A DNA stretch of 64,000 nucleotides from an uncultured Alphaproteobacteria bacterium. Lineage in GTDB: Bacteria; Pseudomonadota; Alphaproteobacteria; HIMB59; GCA-002718135. How positions within the stretch are numbered: the first letter of the stretch is position 1; every line of letters starts with the position of its first letter. A program made the translations under genes and the position numbers. This document shows positions 52,045-58,677 of this stretch, in pieces. The notes beneath the pieces are model-generated. The model was not told the DNA's origin, did no database searches, and was given only the letters and a program-made list of their open reading frames with translations. Location: contig CACILT010000002.1 of assembly GCA_902587565.1 (NCBI GenBank), positions 68,884 through 132,883 on the forward strand, given 5' to 3'.

Positions 52045-52121
52045 TGGCGCGCCTGAGAAGAGTCGAACTCCTAACCTTATGATCCGTAGTCATACGCTCT
52101 ATCCAATTGAGCTACAGGCGC
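52045..52121 (-). tRNA. tRNA-Arg (anticodon ACG)
   Basis: The reverse complement is GCGCCTGTAGCTCAATTGGATAGAGCGTATGACTACGGATCATAAGGTTAGGAGTTCGACTCTTCTCAGGCGCGCCA. It folds as a cloverleaf with anticodon stem TATGA/TCATA and loop CTACGGA. CCA is encoded. Confidence 0.9.
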
Positions 52122-52151
52122 TTATAATATTATACACTTTATATAAAACGT

Positions 52152-52739
52152 ATGCTACTTTATAAAAAAATTAGTATGCGAATTGTAATAGCTATCATTT
52201 TAATTATAATTTTTAGCCAAGTAAGTAATGCAGATATTGGTAAAGAAACTGGTCTAGAAATTCCAAGGTATGTATCTTTAAAATCTAATGATGCAAATAT
52301 TCGTGTTGGCCCAAGTAAGAATTATCCTATTGAAATTAAATTTATAAAAAAAAATTACCCCCTAAAAATATTAGAAGAGTATGAAGATTGGAGAAAAGTA
52401 GAAGATTTTCAGAAAAATTTTGGATGGATTCATAAAAGTTTAATATCCGGTATCAGAACAGGCATTATTTTATCAAATGAAAATAAAACTATAAAATTAT
52501 TAAACACTTTAAACGGTAATGTTATTGGAGAAATAGGAATGGGAAATATTGTTTTTTTAGAAAAATGTAAAATTGATCTGTGCCAAGTGTCATTTGGAAA
52601 TCACAGAGGTTGGATAGATAAAAAACATATTTGGGGTATTAAAGAAAAAGAAACAATTAAAATTAGTTTTTTTCAAAGATTTGAAGATTTATATTGGAAG
52701 AGTATTAATTCTCTAAACAAAATTCAAAAGGGATTTTAA
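52152..52739 (+). CDS. Secreted tandem bacterial SH3-domain protein (DUF1058-like)
   Basis: Signal peptide followed by RYVSLKSNDANIRVGPSKNYPIEIKF...PLKILEEYEDWRKVEDFQKNFGWIHKSL, plus a second SH3b-like repeat. Confidence 0.7.
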   Translation: MLLYKKISMRIVIAIILIIIFSQVSNADIGKETGLEIPRYVSLKSNDANIRVGPSKNYPIEIKFIKKNYPLKILEEYEDWRKVEDFQKNFGWIHKSLISGIRTGIILSNENKTIKLLNTLNGNVIGEIGMGNIVFLEKCKIDLCQVSFGNHRGWIDKKHIWGIKEKETIKISFFQRFEDLYWKSINSLNKIQKGF

Positions 52740-52740
52740 A

Positions 52741-52787
52741 TTTGGCTGGGGCGGTAGGATTCGAACCTACGAATGCCGACTCCAAAA
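52741..52787. repeat. Distal att repeat: orphan copy of tRNA-Gln nt 32-76 plus 2 nt
   Basis: tttggctggggcggtaggattcgaacctacgaatgccgactccaaaa, compared by eye, is identical to 58439..58485. No tRNA 5' half follows it. Confidence 0.92.
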
Positions 52788-52852
52788 GTCTGTGTAACAC
52801 CCTTGAATCGTAGATAAACATTAGCATTCCTTGAATAATTTTTCATTAAAAA

Positions 52853-52881
52853 TTGCCGCGAAGTGAATCCAAAGTGCCGCC
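52853..52881. promoter_or_regulatory. Two TGCCGC-core motifs (TTGCCGCG, GTGCCGCC) 21 bp apart near the distal end; candidate integrase arm-type sites
   Basis: The same GC-rich core, in the same orientation, recurs twice at 58388..58406 next to the other att copy. Confidence 0.35.
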
Positions 52882-53012
52882 AGATTTATAGCTCTATTTG
52901 CTATCTCATTATCCCATTTTGTTAGGATAGATTCATGCATGTTACTACGTTAACAGATAGGTCAAAGGTAAGCGGTTTTGATTCTGTACGGGCAAATTTG
53001 GAATCTTAAACG

Positions 53013-53189
53013 CTATGTTTTAGGGGGTAGGTCGCCATCGCTCCGCGATGATTGTTCATCATTTTTCTTTTTTTTAGGTTGACTTTTTTTAGGCTCGCTA
53101 CCGCTCGCCTTTTTTCTTTTGTAGTGATTGTATGCTTCTTGCCGCGTGATTGGTGCAACAAGATCAGCAATGGTTTTGAGTCTGGTCAT
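53013..53189 (-). CDS. Small basic hypothetical protein (58 aa), last ORF of the element
   Basis: My own translation is MTRLKTIADLVAPITRQEAYNHYKRKKASGSEPKKSQPKKKKNDEQSSRSDGDLPPKT. It falls below the 60-aa cutoff of the ORF track. It is co-oriented with the other island genes. Confidence 0.35.
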   Translation of the reverse strand: MTRLKTIADLVAPITRQEAYNHYKRKKASGSEPKKSQPKKKKNDEQSSRSDGDLPPKT

Positions 53190-53340
53190 AATGTTGTGGT
53201 ACTTATAAAATTAGTTTAATCTCATTAGTGCCCCTACCCTAGCCCCTACCACACCTATATACAGAATTAACATCCATATAATGCTAGTAAAGGCTAAGTT
53301 AGGCACGAACGAACACTCGCTCAAACGCATGGATAAGACA

Positions 53341-53691
53341 TTATAGCGAATGACGTTGAGGTGTATGTGGTTGATGTAATTGTTTTGTTTTATCTTCCAC
53401 AAATTCTCTTATAGCTCTCTTACCCCTAGCTCTACGTGATATCTCTTGAACCGCGCTATAGTAGCCGCAGATGTAGGTCCACTTAGCAACAGACTTTCTA
53501 TCCTTGTCTGCACATATCTCTACTTTAGGTTTTGCTTTCACCAGCGGTTGCATAAGCTCTAGGTGCTCGTGAGCGTATTCTATATCTGATGGTAGCCATG
53601 AATTAACCTCATCAAATAATTTAGATAAAAATTTCTCATCTTTTTTAGAGAGAGAAAACGTATCTGGTTTATTGTTATGTATCCTTCCCAT
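53341..53691 (-). CDS. Hypothetical protein (116 aa), island accessory gene
   Basis: ATG preceded by AAGGAG with a 7-nt spacer. It overlaps the upstream ORF by 17 nt. I recognise no motifs. Confidence 0.55.
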   Translation of the reverse strand: MGRIHNNKPDTFSLSKKDEKFLSKLFDEVNSWLPSDIEYAHEHLELMQPLVKAKPKVEICADKDRKSVAKWTYICGYYSAVQEISRRARGKRAIREFVEDKTKQLHQPHTPQRHSL

Positions 53692-54040
53692 AGTATCTCC
53701 TTTTCCTTGGGTGTTGTTTTGGATTCAAAAATTCCAACTGAGGAATCTTTGCGCTTTCCTCCCGATACTCAGCACGCAATAGTTGCTGAAATTCTTCTGC
53801 TGACTCACAATCAAAGAACACGGTAACCGCACCATAATTATTAATGCCAAAGAAATGTTTACGACCACTCCTCTCGCAATATTCACGGACCAAGTTCATC
53901 CAATCGCCAACAAGCAGACCCGTAACACAATGATAAGCCATGGCACGCTGACCATCCCACTCACTTTCTGTTACTAGTAGTGCTTCATATTCATTCTCGA
54001 ATATCTCTATTGTTTTTTTAGTTATTTTTTTCTTCTTCAT
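53675..54040 (-). CDS. Hypothetical protein (121 aa from the internal ATG), island accessory gene
   Basis: The ATG at 54040 is preceded by AGGAG, which overlaps the primase TAG stop (TAGGAGAATTATG). The longer 132-aa version in the ORF track would overlap the primase gene. I recognise no motifs. Confidence 0.55.
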   Translation of the reverse strand: MKKKKITKKTIEIFENEYEALLVTESEWDGQRAMAYHCVTGLLVGDWMNLVREYCERSGRKHFFGINNYGAVTVFFDCESAEEFQQLLRAEYREESAKIPQLEFLNPKQHPRKRRYYGKDT

Positions 54041-54047
54041 AATTCTC

Positions 54048-56126
54048 CTAATATGGATCTTCTGGTGTTTCACTTACGAATGGAACATGCGCTTTGCTAG
54101 CTAGTGTGCCGTTGCCTTCTGTGTGCAATTCAACATCTGCCGCTAAGTCTGTTGCAGATGTAGCATCCCCAACTTCAAATTTATAACGCATGTGTGCTCT
54201 CATGTAAGTGATCTCGGAACACGTAACCCAATAATCAATATTACGTATCGCCTTGTAGCGTTTACGATTGGTTTTTTTATTTCCTATTATTGATACGGGT
54301 TGATTGTTCCATATTGGTTTAGCACCAATATTCTCTAACCATCGATGGATAGTCATCTCATCAAATCTGTCATACCTTGGCCGCTGTTTATTATCAGCGC
54401 GTTGATCATCCAAGTAACGTAAATGATTTAATATATCCCTCGTGTTAACTATATCTCTATCAAAGACACCAGACCGCTGTTTTAACAAGTCATCTAATTC
54501 TTTAAATGCTTGTGGTCTAGCAATCTGGATTAGTTCTTCTCTTGATGTAGTGTTAATCGGTTCGTTAGGATTGAATGAAGGACTTATCTCTCTATTCTTA
54601 TAATAATTATAAAAATGTTTTATAACTTCATCATTCTCAACGTCTGCCCATAACTTATTAAAATAATCTGGATCATCTTTTAAAAGTTGTTCTCTTGTTA
54701 TTCTAATAATTACAAAAGCTATACGTCTATCTGAACTCTCTGGTTTAATAGGTATATGCTTATTAGAAGATGCCCATAATCTAAAGTGCCCTTTATGATT
54801 AATAGTATCAACATACTTCTGTTCAATCGGATGCATGTCCTCGGTAATAAGTTCCTTTAGCTTATCTAGCTTCTGACCATTACCCGCGCCGCTGATATCA
54901 ATCTCATTACAAAATATGACGTAGCATGATTTCATAAATGATCTGTATTTATCAACTAGGTTGTCTGTATGAACCCAAGCGCAATTATGTTTGCCATAAC
55001 ACTTGTTTAAGAAATGAAACATTAATGTTTTGCCAACACCTTGTGCTGAAGAAAATATCCATGCAAAAGTTCTATTGCGTTCTGGATATTGAAAATCAAA
55101 AGATAATGTATCCTCTAAATATGCAAATGTTGCTTCGTCACCAGCACATAAAACATGCTTCATATGATTTCTAATATTAGCAATCAAATTCATGTCTACG
55201 TTTACAACGGGTGCTATGTAGTTAGGCCTAAACGTATTTAAAAATGTTAATGAACCATCTCTAATGATTTCATCATCACTTGGCCAATAAGCCGTACCAT
55301 CAACACACTCAATCCCTTGCTCATGTAGATATGCAACGGGGGTAACGCGTAGTCTAGTTCTATTCCTTTTATAAAGCAGATTTATATTCTGCTCTTTCAT
55401 CATCTTACGATTGTCTCTATCCCAATAGAGTTTCAAAGAGTCTATGATGTAGACTAAACGTTTACGGGCGATGTCATCATCTATATTTTCCCAACCACTT
55501 CTCTTGTCTGGTGCTTTAGCATTTTCAATTAGCTTACTAATGTTAATGCCATCTGGTATTTCATCAGCGAAATCCCAACCAATAGGAAGTGTATTAGGTA
55601 GATCAATAACACGTGCTTTTACGCCGTATTCCTCATCTAAATGCCACGCTATTTCTTCGGCAGCATCTACTCCGCCTTTATCAGCATCTGGTGCAATAAC
55701 CACGTCTGTAAATCCGCGTAACACGGACCAATCTGTCTTGCGCCAATTCTTACAACCTCCAGACCATGTAGTACAAAATGCATCTGGAAAATATGCTTGC
55801 ATAGCATCAGCAACTTTTTCGCCTTCACCAAATCTAATTTGATGATCTTGGTCTAGCTTCTGTAGCTTGTCTGCGTGAAGCGGCGGGCAATTCTTTATAT
55901 GCTTAGTAACGTTTACAAATTTGTTACCATCATATGAAAATTGGAATATTCTTTTGCTACCATCTTTATTAATATGACGTATCACACCTTTAATGGTCCA
56001 ACCCTCTATAGTTTTGTAGAGCCAATATTTTTTATTATAACGATCTATATCGAATAATTTTAAATATGACGTATCATCATCTGGAAATGGATGCGTATTA
56101 TATTTTTTTAAACATTCAGCAGACAT
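54048..56126 (-). CDS. Toprim-domain DNA primase fused to a P-loop (SF3/D5-like or VirE-like) helicase
   Basis: Toprim motifs are GEGEKVAD and VVIAPDADKGG. Walker A is SSAQGVGKT and Walker B is VIFCNEID. At 692 aa it is typical of satellite, plasmid and phage replicases. Confidence 0.8.
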   Translation of the reverse strand: MSAECLKKYNTHPFPDDDTSYLKLFDIDRYNKKYWLYKTIEGWTIKGVIRHINKDGSKRIFQFSYDGNKFVNVTKHIKNCPPLHADKLQKLDQDHQIRFGEGEKVADAMQAYFPDAFCTTWSGGCKNWRKTDWSVLRGFTDVVIAPDADKGGVDAAEEIAWHLDEEYGVKARVIDLPNTLPIGWDFADEIPDGINISKLIENAKAPDKRSGWENIDDDIARKRLVYIIDSLKLYWDRDNRKMMKEQNINLLYKRNRTRLRVTPVAYLHEQGIECVDGTAYWPSDDEIIRDGSLTFLNTFRPNYIAPVVNVDMNLIANIRNHMKHVLCAGDEATFAYLEDTLSFDFQYPERNRTFAWIFSSAQGVGKTLMFHFLNKCYGKHNCAWVHTDNLVDKYRSFMKSCYVIFCNEIDISGAGNGQKLDKLKELITEDMHPIEQKYVDTINHKGHFRLWASSNKHIPIKPESSDRRIAFVIIRITREQLLKDDPDYFNKLWADVENDEVIKHFYNYYKNREISPSFNPNEPINTTSREELIQIARPQAFKELDDLLKQRSGVFDRDIVNTRDILNHLRYLDDQRADNKQRPRYDRFDEMTIHRWLENIGAKPIWNNQPVSIIGNKKTNRKRYKAIRNIDYWVTCSEITYMRAHMRYKFEVGDATSATDLAADVELHTEGNGTLASKAHVPFVSETPEDPY

Positions 56127-56458
56127 TAGAATAACCTCCTTTTAAAGAAAGCGCCTAACTCTTGCTGATCACAGCAACCGCTCAGACATCTATAGACAAC
56201 AACGTCTCTATATCTTCCGTGTTCGTCTTTATGTTTATTTGAAACAACCTCATTAATAACGAAACTATAATTTTTATCGTTATTTTTATGATTGTGTGAG
56301 AGTGGACAGCGGCAGATGTAGCCACCATCTTTTTTCTTATGATCTGGCAGATGCTTCATATGATCATCTAGGCCAAACCATTTATTATTTTTAGTAGATG
56401 TGTTATTATTATTTCTACTAAAACTTCTATTTAGTTTCGACATAATCGTTAATCCCAT
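56126..56458 (-). CDS. Stand-alone primase-type zinc-finger protein (CHC2-like)
   Basis: YICRCPLSHNHKNNDKNYSFVI resembles the CPxHxDxxPSLxI zinc finger of primases. A second Cys pair is present (RCLSGCC). Its stop overlaps the primase ATG (TAATG). Confidence 0.55.
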   Translation of the reverse strand: MGLTIMSKLNRSFSRNNNNTSTKNNKWFGLDDHMKHLPDHKKKDGGYICRCPLSHNHKNNDKNYSFVINEVVSNKHKDEHGRYRDVVVYRCLSGCCDQQELGAFFKRRLF

Positions 56459-56496
56459 GCTCCGTTACCAGCGGGGCATTTTCTTTTTACAAGAAA

Positions 56497-56679
56497 TTAT
56501 TTTTTGTTTTTGTCCTCCAAATATTCTTGAACCTTTTGCAGATCATAACGGACCGCTGATCTTGGACCAGATACCTTATAATAAGGAATGCCATCATCTT
56601 TCATGCGGTTTCTACGTAGTGTGTGAACACTTACGTTGAGTCTGTCTGCTAGTGTGTTTTCATCAACTAGTCTGTTCAT
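56497..56679 (-). CDS. AlpA/excisionase-family helix-turn-helix protein
   Basis: 60 aa. LADRLNVSVHTLRRNRMKDDGIPYYKVSGPRSAVRYDLQKVQEYL is the pattern of the MerR-like excisionase/AlpA HTH. Confidence 0.7.
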   Translation of the reverse strand: MNRLVDENTLADRLNVSVHTLRRNRMKDDGIPYYKVSGPRSAVRYDLQKVQEYLEDKNKK

Positions 56680-56718
56680 TTTATTTTTCCTTCAACAACA
56701 ATGGTAAGTTAAGTTTTA

Positions 56719-56744
56719 ATCACGTGATACTCACATCACATGAT
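56719..56744. promoter_or_regulatory. Tandem near-palindromic boxes ATCACGTGAT and ATCACATGAT (16 bp centre to centre) upstream of the alpA-like gene
   Basis: Read directly from the sequence. They lie 40-65 bp upstream of the ATG at 56679, on the transcribed side. Confidence 0.45.
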
Positions 56745-56995
56745 GTTACTTTCTACTTTCGGCTTTCTCTATGATCGGGATTTATTTTTTTTGTCTACGT
56801 GAGTTATAATTCCAAAAGTTTCTCACTAATGCTTTAGTTGCTAAAGCTGATTAATAATTAATTACGATTCAAAATATTGCAATAAAAAATATTATCTTTT
56901 TTTTATGGGATAAAAATATTTCACAAAATAAAACCAAACAATCCAGATGCGTTACTTGTGTTACCTCGTGTTACTTGGGCCAAGTTACAAGTAAC
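56745..56995. other. Putative replication origin: GTTACYT iterons bracketing an AT-rich tract
   Basis: GTTACTT at 56745, 56951 and 56970; GTTACCT at 56960; palindrome GTTACAAGTAAC at 56984..56995. These flank a strongly AT-rich stretch at about 56850..56940. Confidence 0.4.
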
Positions 56996-57156
56996 ATAGA
57001 GTATCTTTTTAGGCACGCGGCACAAGGATCACCGCTAATTATTATTCCTATAGGGCTCTTTCGAAGAGCTTCCAATTTGTACGGGCCTACACAATGTCTG
57101 CACATCTTCGCCGTGTAGTTTTTCCTTTTATCTTCTCTCGTTTTTTTCTTGTGCAC
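56971..57156 (-). CDS. Possible small zinc-ribbon protein (CxxC...CxxC)
   Basis: 61 aa with a GTG start, CRHC and CAAC 24 residues apart, and a basic N-terminus. No clear RBS, so coding status is uncertain. Confidence 0.3.
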   Translation of the reverse strand: MHKKKTREDKRKNYTAKMCRHCVGPYKLEALRKSPIGIIISGDPCAACLKRYSMLLVTWPK

Positions 57157-57365
57157 GGGTTACACGCCTTTCTTTTAAAACTTTAATGGGATCAACTTAG
57201 AGTCAGCGTAATAAAAAAAAGTTTTGAAGGGATGTGCGGCCGTGCAAGTGTGCAACAGCCGCAACATTATTTAATAATTTAAAAGAAATACCAATGGATG
57301 ATATAAATTAATCCAACCCACCAGATAATATTTCCCGCCAACCAACAAATGAAACCAAACATAAA

Positions 57366-58373
57366 TCATGCCCTCGTTTTCATTTTCTTTGCTAAGTGCT
57401 TAGCTTGAATATGAGTATAGCGTTTTAATGATGCCAGACTCGACCAGCCACCTTGTGCAGATAGTTCAGCAATAGACCAATCACTTTCTGCTAGATCAGT
57501 AGCACCTTGATGGCGTAATCTATGAAAAGTAAATACACCTTCAAGTTCGGCAGCTCTCAGCACCTTGCGCCAATAAGAATTGAAGCCGTTAACATTACAT
57601 GGAAAAAATCTACCATCAGTTGACCTAGGTAGAGACCTCAACGTTGCTATTGCTAACGGACTTAGACCAATCTCTCTTGGCTTTTTAGTTTTGGTAATGT
57701 TTATGCGTGCAGTTGCTTGCTCCCAGTTAACGTCTTGCCACTTCAGCCGCAAGAGCTCGCCCCTTCTGCAAAGTGTTTCTCTTGCAACAATTACAATCTC
57801 TTTCATAAAATATAGATTGCTCTTTGCACAAACCACCAACAGCTTCCGCCATTCTTCCCTAGTAAGTATACGATCAATCGGCGGTGGTTCAGCAGGCATT
57901 TTTATTGTGCCTACAGGGTTAACAGTAATTGGAATATTATGCTCAGCTTTAACTTTATTGATAGCTCTAGAGAACATCATCAGATACTTTTTTACAGTAG
58001 CATTTGACCTACCCTCTTCCTCTAGCTCATGATCCCTAAACTTAGCTAATACACTACCCGTGATGTCGGATAGATACATATTGCCAATCGGTTTTTTTGA
58101 CAAATGATCAATTAAGTATTTCTCTTTCTTATGATCAGTTGAATTTAGAACTAGGTATTTTTCATAATAAATATTTAATACCTCTTTCAGTTTAATATCA
58201 GATAATCTTTCTGCTTCTTGTACACGTCTATATGTACCCGTTTCTATTTGAGCTTCTGTTTTATAGGCCCACGCAGATGCATCTGACTTCTTCCAAAATG
58301 ACTTAACGACTCGTATACCTTTCTTACGAACATGCGCTTGCCACTTTTTATAATGCTTATTAATTGTAGCCAT
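57366..58373 (-). CDS. int: Tyrosine recombinase / phage-type integrase
   Basis: 335 aa. Box I context is CRRGELLRLKWQDV, HRLRHQGATDL supplies H-x-x-R, and the catalytic Tyr sits in LKRYTHI. It lies immediately downstream of the intact tRNA-Gln. Confidence 0.92.
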   Translation of the reverse strand: MATINKHYKKWQAHVRKKGIRVVKSFWKKSDASAWAYKTEAQIETGTYRRVQEAERLSDIKLKEVLNIYYEKYLVLNSTDHKKEKYLIDHLSKKPIGNMYLSDITGSVLAKFRDHELEEEGRSNATVKKYLMMFSRAINKVKAEHNIPITVNPVGTIKMPAEPPPIDRILTREEWRKLLVVCAKSNLYFMKEIVIVARETLCRRGELLRLKWQDVNWEQATARINITKTKKPREIGLSPLAIATLRSLPRSTDGRFFPCNVNGFNSYWRKVLRAAELEGVFTFHRLRHQGATDLAESDWSIAELSAQGGWSSLASLKRYTHIQAKHLAKKMKTRA

Positions 58374-58387
58374 TTCTTCCTTTCTAA

Positions 58388-58406
58388 GTGCCGCGTATGT
58401 GCCGCG
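58388..58406. promoter_or_regulatory. Direct repeat GTGCCGCG-N3-GTGCCGCG between int and the att core; candidate arm-type integrase sites or int operator
   Basis: Two identical octamers with 11-bp periodicity, 15 bp upstream of the int ATG and 33 bp from the att core. Related copies lie at 52853..52881. Confidence 0.4.
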
Positions 58407-58438
58407 AACACGTTCAATTCAGAATGCTACTATGATTT

Positions 58439-58485
58439 TTTGGCTGGGGCGGTAGGATTCGAACCTACGAATGCCGACTCCAAAA
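58439..58485. repeat. Proximal att repeat (inside the tRNA-Gln gene)
   Basis: Identical to 52741..52787. Confidence 0.92.
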
Positions 58486-58515
58486 ACCGGTGCCTTACCG
58501 CTTGGCGACGCCCCA
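58441..58515 (-). tRNA. tRNA-Gln (anticodon UUG)
   Basis: The reverse complement is TGGGGCGTCGCCAAGCGGTAAGGCACCGGTTTTTGGAGTCGGCATTCGTAGGTTCGAATCCTACCGCCCCAGCCA. It has the U1-A72 pair and G73 typical of bacterial tRNA-Gln and the anticodon loop TTTTGGA. It resembles E. coli tRNA-Gln. Confidence 0.9.
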
Positions 58516-58677
58516 AATTAAGATTACTCTCTAGTATTTAGCACAAAATAAGTCAAATTCTTCAAGTGCGACAATACCATAAATAAAGATAAAACCTATA
58601 AAAAGTGTTTTGAGCTAATTAAAGATAGTTTCAAAAAAGGGCATTTACATTTTTAAAGCTAAACCTATTTAATTTTT

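Larger units (their letters stand above)
52741..58485 (-). mobile_element. tRNA-Gln-integrated 5.7-kb integrative element (int - alpA-like - primase/helicase - small ORFs); putative satellite-like or replicative genomic island
   Basis: Perfect 47-bp direct repeats sit at both ends, and one of them forms the 3' part of an intact tRNA-Gln. A tyrosine integrase lies next to the tRNA. All ORFs are on the minus strand. GC content and amino-acid usage shift abruptly at the boundaries. Confidence 0.9.

Noticed and set aside
53211-53402. 63-aa minus-strand ORF at the end of the island
   Set aside because: It overlaps the 3' end of the better-supported 116-aa ORF in another frame. It has no RBS and an implausible sequence.
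56831-56847. Hairpin GCTTTAG-ttg-CTAAAGC inside the island intergenic region as a terminator
   Set aside because: It has only a 7-bp stem with a 3-nt loop and no T-tract on either strand. It could just as well be part of the ori or regulatory region.
57580-58032. 150-aa plus-strand ORF inside the integrase gene, and likewise 55471..55842 and 54938..55174 inside the primase gene
   Set aside because: They are antisense shadows of long, motif-supported genes in the higher-GC island, where spurious ORFs are expected.
52741-58485. The island as a complete or cryptic prophage
   Set aside because: The 5.7 kb carries no recognisable structural, packaging or lysis genes. The ORFs look intact rather than decayed. 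A satellite or replicative-island interpretation is preferred, but it is unproven.
58441-58515. Two wobble pairs (G30-U40, U31-G39) and G37 in the tRNA-Gln anticodon arm as a possible signature of a hybrid host/element tRNA
   Set aside because: The displaced orphan 3' half at 52741..52787 is identical over the same positions. The pairing is therefore native and not a chimera artefact.
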